A stretch of DNA of 64,000 nucleotides from Escherichia phage APCEc01. The notes beneath the pieces were generated by a model. That model saw only the letters and a list, made by a program, of their open reading frames with translations, was not told the origin of the DNA and did not search any database. The stretch lies in the sequence record NC_029091.1; one strand, 5' to 3'. How positions within the stretch are numbered: the first letter of the stretch is position 1; every line of letters begins with the position of its first letter. Of the stretch, positions 47,928 through 56,683 are shown one piece after another. A program made the position numbers and the translations under genes.

Positions 47928-50639
47928 ATGAAAGAATTTTACTTAACGGTTGAACAGATTGGTGATTCAATTTTTGAACGTTACATCGATTCTAATGGCC
48001 GTGAACGTACTCGTGAAGTAGAATATAAACCATCACTGTTTGCTCATTGTCCAGAAAGTCAGGCTACGAAATATTTCGATATCTACGGTAAGCCGTGTAC
48101 TCGTAAGTTGTTCGCTAATATGCGTGATGCCTCCCAATGGATTAAACGCATGGAAGATATCGGACTTGAAGCACTTGGCATGGACGATTTCAAATTGGCG
48201 TATTTGTCTGACACTTATAACTATGAAATCAAATACGACCATACAAAAATTCGTGTGGCTAACTTCGACATCGAAGTAACATCTCCGGACGGGTTCCCTG
48301 AGCCGTCACAAGCAAAACATCCGATTGATGCTATCACCCATTATGACTCAATTGACGACAGGTTCTACGTATTTGATCTATTGAATTCTCCATATGGTAA
48401 TGTAGAAGAATGGTCTATTGAAATCGCTGCTAAGCTTCAAGAACAAGGCGGTGATGAAGTTCCATCTGAAATTATCGATAAAATCATTTATATGCCGTTC
48501 GATAACGAAAAAGAATTGTTGATGGAATATCTCAACTTCTGGCAACAGAAAACTCCTGTCATTTTGACTGGATGGAACGTTGAGTCATTTGATATTCCAT
48601 ATGTGTATAACCGAATCAAGAATATTTTTGGCGAATCTACTGCGAAACGTTTATCGCCACATCGTAAAACTCGTGTTAAAGTTATCGAAAACATGTATGG
48701 TTCTCGTGAAATCATTACATTGTTCGGTATCTCTGTTCTTGATTACATTGGCCTTTACAAAAAATTCTCTTTTACCAATCAACCGTCGTATTCTCTGGAT
48801 TACATTTCAGAATTTGAATTGAACGTTGGTAAACTGAAATATGACGGCCCTATTTCTAAGCTTCGTGAAAGCAATCACCAACGATATATTTCTTATAACA
48901 TTATCGACGTGTATCGTGTATTGCAAATTGATGCTAAGCGTCAGTTCATCAACTTGAGCTTGGACATGGGTTATTATGCTAAGATACAGATTCAATCTGT
49001 GTTTAGCCCAATTAAAACATGGGATGCTATTATTTTTAATAGCCTTAAAGAGCAGAACAAGGTGATTCCACAAGGTCGTTCTCACCCGGTTCAACCTTAT
49101 CCCGGCGCTTTTGTTAAGGAACCTATTCCAAATCGATACAAATATGTAATGAGTTTCGACCTTACATCTCTGTATCCAAGTATTATTCGCCAAGTGAATA
49201 TTAGCCCGGAAACAATAGCAGGAACGTTTAAAGTAGCTCCATTGCATGATTATATTAACGCAATCGCTGAACGTCCTTCAGATGTGTACAGTTGCTCTCC
49301 TAACGGCATGATGTATTATAAAGACCGTGATGGTGTAGTTCCAACTGAAATCACTAAGGTCTTTAATCAACGTAAAGAACATAAAGGTTACATGCTTGCA
49401 GCTCAACGTAATGGTGAAATAATTAAAGAGGCATTGCATAATCCTAATCTTTCTGTTGACGAACCATTAGATGTTGATTATCGTTTCGACTTCAGTGATG
49501 AGATTAAAGAAAAGATTAAAAAGTTGTCTGCTAAATCTCTTAATGAAATGTTGTTTAGAGCTCAACGTACTGAAGTTGCAGGTATGACCGCACAAATTAA
49601 CCGTAAATTGCTTATCAACTCACTTTATGGTGCACTTGGCAACGTTTGGTTCCGTTATTATGATTTGCGTAATGCTACTGCAATCACAACATTCGGGCAA
49701 ATGGCTTTACAGTGGATTGAACGTAAAGTTAATGAATATCTGAATGAAGTTTGTGGTACAGAAGGTGAAGCTTTCGTTCTATATGGTGATACAGACTCTA
49801 TTTACGTATCTGCTGATAAAATTATCGATAAGGTTGGTGAATCTAAATTCCGTGATACCAACCATTGGGTAGACTTCTTAGATAAGTTTGCACGTGAACG
49901 TATGGAACCTGCTATTGATAGAGGTTTCCGTGAAATGTGTGAATACATGAACAATAAACAACACTTAATGTTCATGGACCGAGAAGCTATCGCTGGTCCT
50001 CCGCTCGGTTCTAAAGGTATTGGTGGATTCTGGACTGGTAAGAAACGTTATGCATTAAACGTGTGGGATATGGAAGGAACCAGATACGCTGAGCCTAAAC
50101 TCAAAATCATGGGTCTAGAGACTCAGAAATCTTCGACCCCTAAAGCAGTACAGAAAGCTCTTAAAGAATGTATTCGTCGTATGCTTCAAGAAGGTGAAGA
50201 ATCATTACAAGAATATTTTAAAGAGTTTGAAAAAGAATTCCGTCAATTGAATTATATTAGCATCGCGTCGGTATCTTCTGCGAATAACATTGCTAAATAC
50301 GACGTAGGTGGATTCCCGGGTCCTAAATGCCCGTTCCATATTCGTGGAATTCTGACATATAACCGAGCTATCAAAGGTAATATTGATGCACCACAAGTTG
50401 TAGAAGGTGAAAAAGTATATGTTCTGCCTTTACGTGAAGGAAACCCATTCGGTGATAAATGTATCGCATGGCCTTCTGGTACTGAAATCACAGATTTAAT
50501 TAAAGACGATGTACTTCATTGGATGGACTACACTGTTCTCCTTGAGAAGACATTTATTAAACCACTTGAAGGATTCACATCAGCAGCTAAACTCGATTAC
50601 GAGAAGAAAGCATCTCTGTTCGATATGTTTGATTTTTGA
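47928..50639 (+). CDS. 43: DNA polymerase gp43 (family B, with 3'-5' exonuclease)
   Basis: 903 aa; MKEFYLTVEQIGDSIFERYIDSNGRERTREVEYKPSLFAHCPES...; exo motifs FDIEV and NVESFDIPYVY, pol motifs SLYPSII and YGDTDS; matches my memory of the RB69 polymerase. Confidence 0.97.
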   Translation: MKEFYLTVEQIGDSIFERYIDSNGRERTREVEYKPSLFAHCPESQATKYFDIYGKPCTRKLFANMRDASQWIKRMEDIGLEALGMDDFKLAYLSDTYNYEIKYDHTKIRVANFDIEVTSPDGFPEPSQAKHPIDAITHYDSIDDRFYVFDLLNSPYGNVEEWSIEIAAKLQEQGGDEVPSEIIDKIIYMPFDNEKELLMEYLNFWQQKTPVILTGWNVESFDIPYVYNRIKNIFGESTAKRLSPHRKTRVKVIENMYGSREIITLFGISVLDYIGLYKKFSFTNQPSYSLDYISEFELNVGKLKYDGPISKLRESNHQRYISYNIIDVYRVLQIDAKRQFINLSLDMGYYAKIQIQSVFSPIKTWDAIIFNSLKEQNKVIPQGRSHPVQPYPGAFVKEPIPNRYKYVMSFDLTSLYPSIIRQVNISPETIAGTFKVAPLHDYINAIAERPSDVYSCSPNGMMYYKDRDGVVPTEITKVFNQRKEHKGYMLAAQRNGEIIKEALHNPNLSVDEPLDVDYRFDFSDEIKEKIKKLSAKSLNEMLFRAQRTEVAGMTAQINRKLLINSLYGALGNVWFRYYDLRNATAITTFGQMALQWIERKVNEYLNEVCGTEGEAFVLYGDTDSIYVSADKIIDKVGESKFRDTNHWVDFLDKFARERMEPAIDRGFREMCEYMNNKQHLMFMDREAIAGPPLGSKGIGGFWTGKKRYALNVWDMEGTRYAEPKLKIMGLETQKSSTPKAVQKALKECIRRMLQEGEESLQEYFKEFEKEFRQLNYISIASVSSANNIAKYDVGGFPGPKCPFHIRGILTYNRAIKGNIDAPQVVEGEKVYVLPLREGNPFGDKCIAWPSGTEITDLIKDDVLHWMDYTVLLEKTFIKPLEGFTSAAKLDYEKKASLFDMFDF

Positions 50640-50679
50640 TATAATGCCAAGGACGGCCAACTAATTAAATGAGAGAAAT

Positions 50680-51315
50680 ATGAAAACTACTCCTATTACT
50701 ATCGCTATTGACGCAATCGTAAAACAAGCTTCATCTCTTGCCACTATGGCTAAAGTAATTAGTCAAAACCCTGCTCGTTATAATGCTATTCTAGAAACTC
50801 TTCGACGCCCTGGACTTAGTAATTATGAAAGCCGGGTAATTATTACAGGTGTTGGTAAGAATGCTAATATCGCAACTAAAGCTTCCGAGACTTTTGCTTC
50901 ACTAGGTATTCCTAGCATGTATTTGAACACCGGGCATTATTCTCATGGTGACGCAGGATTTATTGCGCCTAATGACGTGTTGATTCATATTAGTCGTTCT
51001 GGTAAAACTGAAGAAATGATAGGTGTTGCTAAACATCTTCGTATGATTCGTCCTCAGGTTAAACAGATTCTGTTACATTGTAACCCAGACATTCCACAAG
51101 AATACGAAGCTCTTTTTGATTATACGTTCTGTACCGGTATCGCGGTAGAAGTTGACGAGAACTCTTTAGCTCCGACTATGTCCACTACATTGTTGTTAGC
51201 GCTTATCGATACGTTTGCTATCAACCTTTCGTCTGAACGTGGATTTACCTCTAATGATTTCCTTAAGTTCCATCCAGGCGGTGCACTAGGTGCCATGTTA
51301 CGAGGCGAACAATGA
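50680..51315 (+). CDS. SIS-domain sugar-phosphate isomerase (KdsD/GutQ-like arabinose-5-phosphate isomerase candidate)
   Basis: 211 aa; SIS motifs ITGVGKNANIATKASETFASLGIP and IHISRSGKTEE; C-terminal FHPGGALGAML as in API enzymes; no CBS domains. Confidence 0.65.
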   Translation: MKTTPITIAIDAIVKQASSLATMAKVISQNPARYNAILETLRRPGLSNYESRVIITGVGKNANIATKASETFASLGIPSMYLNTGHYSHGDAGFIAPNDVLIHISRSGKTEEMIGVAKHLRMIRPQVKQILLHCNPDIPQEYEALFDYTFCTGIAVEVDENSLAPTMSTTLLLALIDTFAINLSSERGFTSNDFLKFHPGGALGAMLRGEQ

Positions 51316-51452
51316 AAGCAATAACAATAGGACTTTTACTATTGATGCTTGTCATGACTATCTACTGGAGCTTAACGGCTCCGGTAATGATTCCAACACT
51401 TGTAATTGGATGGATTATGATTGGACTACAAGCAAAGTATGAATGCTTTAAC
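51312..51452 (+). CDS. small hydrophobic membrane peptide (46 aa; possible Imm-like remnant)
   Basis: ATG 51312 overlaps upstream stop; MKAITIGLLLLMLVMTIYWSLTAPVMIPTLVIGWIMIGLQAKYECFN; below track size threshold. Confidence 0.4.
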
Positions 51453-51496
51453 TAGAATAGTGTACAATACTCCTACTTACCAATGAGGACTTCAAC

Positions 51497-53182
51497 ATGA
51501 AAAAAGCTGTTATTCTTGGTGCTGGACTGGCAACTCGTTTGTATCCAATAACGCATCATATTCCTAAGGTGCTTGTTAATTATAAACAAGACACTATTCT
51601 GAGCAATTTGTATACAATTTATTCTGACCTTGGCGCAGATGAAATTATTGTAGTAGTTCATTCAAAATTTGCTGAAACTGTTCGAGCTTATTGTGAGCAA
51701 GAAGGGTTCAATGTGACTATTCGTACAGTTGATGAAGCGTATGGTTCTGCTTATGCTCTTGCTAAATTACACAAAGATTTAGACGGCCATAATGTAATTG
51801 TTAACTGGTGTGATATTATTCCTGATTTTGGTTCATGGTCTTGGAATGTTAACGCAATCTATGTTAAGGGTGACGAATGTCGATATAATTTCGACGGTGA
51901 AAATATCACTAACGTAGGTTCAACAGGTGGTAATGTTGTAGGAATTTATCAGTTCAAAGACTGGGAATTCTATATGGGTTCTACCGATGAGGAAATTCAT
52001 GAATACTGCAAAGGACGTGATTTCGTAGAATTCCTTTACGGCAGCGCATTCAATAAATCAGAGCTTATGAATATAATTGATTTAGGTGATATGCCTAAAC
52101 TTGAAAAGGCTCATGAAGTTCGTGAACTTAATCGTAGTTTTAATGCAGTTGAAATTGGTGAAGAAACTGTAACTAAATTCGCATTAACCGAACAGGGTCG
52201 AGCTCTTCAGAAAGATGAGATTTCGTGGTATTTGAAAGTGAAATCAGATTCAGTTCCTCAGTTAGTTTCTGTTAATGAAAATAACTTTGAAATGGAACGC
52301 ATTAAAGGTAAGCCAGCATTTGAATATATTAAATCCAAATCAAGTCTTGCTCGTCCACAAATTGTTGATGCAATTTTAGATGCACTGAAATTCAGCACAG
52401 ACACTTATTTTGTAAGTCCTGAAACTGTTCGTCGTGATTTCACTAAAGAATTCTATACGAAAGTTATTGATCGTTGTGAAAGCATTCAACCGTTGATTGA
52501 TTCATTTGGTAAAATCACACATGTGAACTACACTAAGATTGGACGTCTGAAGCCAATGCTGAAACAAGCTTTAGAACACCTTATTCGGTATCATAACCGT
52601 TCTCAGGGACAGTACTCTGTTATTCACGGTGACCCGAACTTCAGTAATACTATGATTACTGATAACGGCGAAGTCAAGTTTATCGACCCTCGTGGATATT
52701 TTGGCGAAACCAAGATTTACGGGCCAAAATTGTATGATGAAGCTAAAGTGCTTTATGCTGTTTCAGGTTATGATGAATTCAATGCTAATCCGACCTGGGG
52801 GCAGTTTACTATTGATGAAACAACTTGTAATGTGACTATTAACATCAATCCATTAGTTTACAAATATGGAAAGATGAGTTCGTTTAACGAGTATCATCAT
52901 TTGGCAGTGGCAATTATCTGGATTGCATTAGGTGGTTATTTCAAGAATAATCCACTTAAAGCGGTAGCCGCATATTATAAAGGTATGGAACTTCTGACTA
53001 AGCAATTACGTAACATGGGCCGTGTACTTCAGGACGGCTCTATTAGTTATGACGTAGCAGAACCTGTAACGGCTACTCTGATTACAAAAAATCCTGGTAA
53101 ATGGGTACTAACTGATAAAGAAACTGGTGTTTCCTATCGTCCAATCGGTGGCGATATCACTCATCAATGGGAACGAATCTAA
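51497..53182 (+). CDS. bifunctional sugar-1-phosphate nucleotidyltransferase / anomeric sugar kinase (APH-ChoK fold)
   Basis: 561 aa; N-terminal AVILGAGLATRLYPITHHIPKVLV pyrophosphorylase signature; C-terminal IHGDPNFSNTMITDNGEVKFIDPRGYFG matches the HxDxxxxN catalytic loop and Dxx metal motif of APH/choline-kinase-like kinases. Confidence 0.7.
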   Translation: MKKAVILGAGLATRLYPITHHIPKVLVNYKQDTILSNLYTIYSDLGADEIIVVVHSKFAETVRAYCEQEGFNVTIRTVDEAYGSAYALAKLHKDLDGHNVIVNWCDIIPDFGSWSWNVNAIYVKGDECRYNFDGENITNVGSTGGNVVGIYQFKDWEFYMGSTDEEIHEYCKGRDFVEFLYGSAFNKSELMNIIDLGDMPKLEKAHEVRELNRSFNAVEIGEETVTKFALTEQGRALQKDEISWYLKVKSDSVPQLVSVNENNFEMERIKGKPAFEYIKSKSSLARPQIVDAILDALKFSTDTYFVSPETVRRDFTKEFYTKVIDRCESIQPLIDSFGKITHVNYTKIGRLKPMLKQALEHLIRYHNRSQGQYSVIHGDPNFSNTMITDNGEVKFIDPRGYFGETKIYGPKLYDEAKVLYAVSGYDEFNANPTWGQFTIDETTCNVTININPLVYKYGKMSSFNEYHHLAVAIIWIALGGYFKNNPLKAVAAYYKGMELLTKQLRNMGRVLQDGSISYDVAEPVTATLITKNPGKWVLTDKETGVSYRPIGGDITHQWERI

Positions 53183-53568
53183 TGCACCGTGTAGAAAACA
53201 TGCTTAATCTTTGTTTTGATGTCGATGATTGTATAACAGAGTGGAATAACAATCGTGATTACGTGAACTTCAAACCTGACGTCGAAATGGTGTCTGCCAT
53301 TAATGCCCTGTATGATGCAGGGCATACCATAACGCTTTACACTGCTCGCGGTATGAAGTCAGTAGGTCCTGGTCGTATAGCAATTGACATTCTCCCAAGT
53401 CTTATTCAGAACTTGGCAAACATTGGCTTGAAGTACCATAATTTGCTAACACATAAACCAGTATATGATTGGATTATCGACGACAAAGCTATGCGTCCTG
53501 ACGAATTCAAAGCTCTTATGAATAAAGGCGAATTCGAAACATTTAAATCATATAAACCGAATCTATAA
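53182..53568 (+). CDS. HAD-superfamily phosphatase
   Basis: ATG 53182 overlapping upstream stop (TAATG); 128 aa; motif I DVDDCIT near N-terminus, TARG and DDK motifs downstream. Confidence 0.6.
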   Translation: MHRVENMLNLCFDVDDCITEWNNNRDYVNFKPDVEMVSAINALYDAGHTITLYTARGMKSVGPGRIAIDILPSLIQNLANIGLKYHNLLTHKPVYDWIIDDKAMRPDEFKALMNKGEFETFKSYKPNL

Positions 53569-53628
53569 TAATTTAAGTAAGACCTGCAAAAAAAAACCAT
53601 CGCATCAATTAACGCGAGATGCAAAAAA

Positions 53629-54789
53629 ATGAATACTTTTAAAATCGGAACGAATTTTGATTTAGCTCTTCTTGATAAAATCGTAGAGCTCAATAAAACT
53701 TATCCTAATAGCTTGATAAATGAAGTATACGGCTCTACAAGAGAAATGGCTTTTGTAGCAGCCAGACCTGATTTTAGGCTTCCTGACGTTGACAAAAAGA
53801 TGTTAGAAGATTACGTTAAACGTTGTAACGAATTAGGTATTTGCTTTAACTATACACTCAACACGATAAATCCTGGTTCAAAAAGAGAACTAGTTGAGTG
53901 GAAGAAGAAAGCTATTCAGGATTATGTTCAGTATCTTTGGTCAATAGGCGTATGGCGTATTACTATCGCTAACCCTGTTGTTATGGAAATTGTTCGTGAA
54001 GTCAATAAAGACATTGAGATTGAAGTTTCAACAATTCTACATGTCGATGCTGTAACTCAAATCAAATACTTGCATGACCAATATAATATCAAAAAGGTCT
54101 GCTGTGGAATTCATAAGAACCGTTCAGTTTCTTTCCTGAAGCGTGCAGCAGAGTTTTGCAATAAGAACAATATAATATTTGAAGTTCTTGTAAATGAGTT
54201 CTGTTCTAATGCTGGTAAAGGGTATACAACACATTGTAGCTATCGTGACTCTTGCTATATTTTCCATAGTACTGATGTTACAGCTGATGATGCTAAATCC
54301 TTAAACGGATATCCTATGCAGCACTGTATTAAAGCTCGTGATACAGACCCATTTAACTGGTTGAGAACTCGTTTTGTTCGTCCTCAAGATTTGAAACTTT
54401 ATAATGATATTGGTATCACTCAATTCAAAGTTTCAGGACGTACAGGTAGCACAGACTACATTTTGAAAGTTCTTGAAGCATACGCTTCTGAAAAGTTTGA
54501 AGGTAATTTGTTAGAACTGTGGAAGCCTTTAGAGACTATTTTCACTCTTGAAAACGAAACTGAGTTTTCACATACAGTAAATATTGAAACCTCTTTGTTA
54601 GATGGCTTTTTAGAAAAAAGGTGGTTCAGACATCCAGATTTCGATTGTGCTAATGAAATCTGCGGGACGACGTGTACATATTGTGAAAGATATTATAAAC
54701 GTCAATTATCTAAAAACGGGTTAGCAGAAAACTCTATATCTATTATTGATATAACTAACTCTGATGACGCTTTGAGGTACCCGGAATGA
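53629..54789 (+). CDS. Cys-cluster enzyme of unknown function (possible U32-like/TIM-barrel or transferase)
   Basis: 386 aa; internal EFCSNAGKGYTTHCSYRDSCY and C-terminal CANEICGTTCTYCERYY Cys clusters; family not confidently recognised. Confidence 0.5.
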   Translation: MNTFKIGTNFDLALLDKIVELNKTYPNSLINEVYGSTREMAFVAARPDFRLPDVDKKMLEDYVKRCNELGICFNYTLNTINPGSKRELVEWKKKAIQDYVQYLWSIGVWRITIANPVVMEIVREVNKDIEIEVSTILHVDAVTQIKYLHDQYNIKKVCCGIHKNRSVSFLKRAAEFCNKNNIIFEVLVNEFCSNAGKGYTTHCSYRDSCYIFHSTDVTADDAKSLNGYPMQHCIKARDTDPFNWLRTRFVRPQDLKLYNDIGITQFKVSGRTGSTDYILKVLEAYASEKFEGNLLELWKPLETIFTLENETEFSHTVNIETSLLDGFLEKRWFRHPDFDCANEICGTTCTYCERYYKRQLSKNGLAENSISIIDITNSDDALRYPE

Positions 54790-55025
54790 TTTCTAGAAAA
54801 ACTTTTAACCACCAACTTAATGAAGAGATTTTGACTATGAAACTGAACACTAATGAACAAATTCTTAAAAAGGCCCATCAGGGCCTTTTTGAAACTAAAG
54901 CGGCTAAAGTGATTAAAGAACCTGTTCAATTAGAATACTACGCTGATGCATTTCTTCATAGTGTTCTTGGAAGTATCGATGCCGAAGCTTTACGTTATAT
55001 CAATATTGCCAAGAAATTCAAATAA
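54786..55025 (+). CDS. hypothetical protein
   Basis: 79 aa; ATGA overlap with upstream gene. Confidence 0.45.
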   Translation: MISRKTFNHQLNEEILTMKLNTNEQILKKAHQGLFETKAAKVIKEPVQLEYYADAFLHSVLGSIDAEALRYINIAKKFK

Positions 55026-55047
55026 GCTTTACGAATTGAGTATATAA
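55023..55047 (+). promoter_or_regulatory. candidate MotA-dependent middle promoter for gene 42
   Basis: AAGCTTTA MotA-box-like sequence 11 nt upstream of TATAAT at 55042. Confidence 0.4.
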
Positions 55048-55066
55048 TAATTGTATTGAGGTAAAC

Positions 55067-55783
55067 ATGGGAAAACATAACACAATGAAATATATCAAAG
55101 CCGCAGATTTTCAAACCGCATTTAAAGCAGTCAATCGTGAAATTTTAGAAAACCCGGAATTCGTAACTGATTCTCGTATTGGACGTTGTAATGAAATTGG
55201 GTCTATGACAGTAGTTGTTGACACTCCATCATCATTCAAAATGACCGACCCACGTATTAACCGCATCTCTTATGAATATGCCGAAGACTTCTGGAAGTTT
55301 ATGATTTCTGGTGGTACCAACGCAGAAGAAGCGTTTAAGGCATATCCTAATGTCGCTAAATTTATTTCTAAACCAAAATCAGATGTTTTGCCGGCGAACT
55401 TCAACACTTTCTATGGTCCTCGCATTGCGGCTCAATTACCAGCTCTTCTAAAAGAACTTAAAGAGAAGCCTAACTCCCGAAGAGTTGTGTTCCAAATTCT
55501 AGAAAGTTCTGATCAGGCTTTGCTTGATTCGGACGAAACGCTTGAATATCCATGTACTGACTCAGTGACTTATTATATTCGTGATGGTAAGCTTTATACC
55601 CACTGTCATATGCGTTCTCAGAACTGTGCTGTTGTTATGCAGTTGGATTTTTATCTCCAAGGAAAATTACTTCATTATATCGCTAACGAATGTGGTGTAG
55701 AAGTTGGTGATTATACTCATACCATGGTAAGTGCCCATGTGTTTGAACGTGATTTTGATTATGTTAAAGGATTCCTTGACTAA
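55067..55783 (+). CDS. 42: dCMP hydroxymethylase gp42 (thymidylate-synthase fold)
   Basis: 238 aa; TS-family landmarks SRRVVFQ, nucleophile PCTD, MRSQNCAVVMQLDF, SAHVF; only TS-like gene here; position between 43 and uvsX as in T4. Confidence 0.7.
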   Translation: MGKHNTMKYIKAADFQTAFKAVNREILENPEFVTDSRIGRCNEIGSMTVVVDTPSSFKMTDPRINRISYEYAEDFWKFMISGGTNAEEAFKAYPNVAKFISKPKSDVLPANFNTFYGPRIAAQLPALLKELKEKPNSRRVVFQILESSDQALLDSDETLEYPCTDSVTYYIRDGKLYTHCHMRSQNCAVVMQLDFYLQGKLLHYIANECGVEVGDYTHTMVSAHVFERDFDYVKGFLD

Positions 55784-56682
55784 TGGCTATTTTCCGCGTA
55801 CCTATCTTGAGTATGCGGTCTTATGAAACTGGACAGTATGCTATCCTTAAGGATGGCAACTTCCAACTTCATTTGCACCGTGCTAATCCGGGTGATGTGA
55901 TTACATATCCACGTAATGCATCTGATATTAAAGAATGCGAACGTCTTTTTCCAGAATTTAAGTTTGTTCCATTATGGTATAAAGATAACGCGTATAACAC
56001 TCGTAAATATTTCTGGTCTGAAAATGAATTTGTGGTTGATTCATTAATTGCTTATTATGACTGTGATTTTCTAATCACAGATATCACTGGATATGACGGC
56101 GCTTTTGATGTGGAATTCAATTTCAATATCACTGCAGACCCTAATAAACCACGTTTTTATATTGACGAATTCTTAAAAACCGATATGTTGTCGGTTAATC
56201 GTTCACTTCAAACTACTGTGTTGAATGAACGTCAAAAAGAAGTGCTGGTTAACGCTGGTGCAGATGGTAATAAGATTATCGTAACGCAGAAAGTTATACG
56301 TCCTTCCATCATGCAGCGTCTTGTAGGTGATTTGGCTCCTATTCATCTAGATGGTATTTTTCATCCATTTCGAATTAGTGACCCATGCTATCGTTTTGAA
56401 CAAGTTGTTGAATGCGCAATTCAATTAGGTCAACCGCTTTATATAACCGATCCAAATAATAGCTTCGACAGAAATAAGTATCCTGAAGAAGCGTTGATTC
56501 GAATTTTTAAACCAACTAAAACTGAGTACTATCAAATTCTTAAAGGACGTCCGAAAATTCAATATTTCGAAAATCCTGAAGAAGTATTCCATCCAGGTCT
56601 TGGTGAGTTCATCTACTTTAATGCTTTAATTTCTTCGCCGTATAATATACCTAAATATGAAGATGTCGTAATCGAGGAATAA
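55783..56682 (+). CDS. hypothetical protein occupying the beta-glucosyltransferase position (candidate modification enzyme)
   Basis: 299 aa; no resemblance to remembered T4 beta-gt; ATGG overlap with gene 42 stop. Confidence 0.5.
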   Translation: MAIFRVPILSMRSYETGQYAILKDGNFQLHLHRANPGDVITYPRNASDIKECERLFPEFKFVPLWYKDNAYNTRKYFWSENEFVVDSLIAYYDCDFLITDITGYDGAFDVEFNFNITADPNKPRFYIDEFLKTDMLSVNRSLQTTVLNERQKEVLVNAGADGNKIIVTQKVIRPSIMQRLVGDLAPIHLDGIFHPFRISDPCYRFEQVVECAIQLGQPLYITDPNNSFDRNKYPEEALIRIFKPTKTEYYQILKGRPKIQYFENPEEVFHPGLGEFIYFNALISSPYNIPKYEDVVIEE

Positions 56683-56683
56683 A

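Noticed and set aside
48033-50491. Several 60-146-aa ORFs in other frames inside gene 43
   Set aside because: Embedded in or antisense to the continuous 903-aa polymerase frame.
53569-53628. Hairpin CATCGCATC...GATGC flanked by A-tracts as a terminator
   Set aside because: On the plus strand the hairpin is followed by A rather than T, so it would not act as an intrinsic terminator for the rightward operon; possibly an RNA processing site but unsupported.
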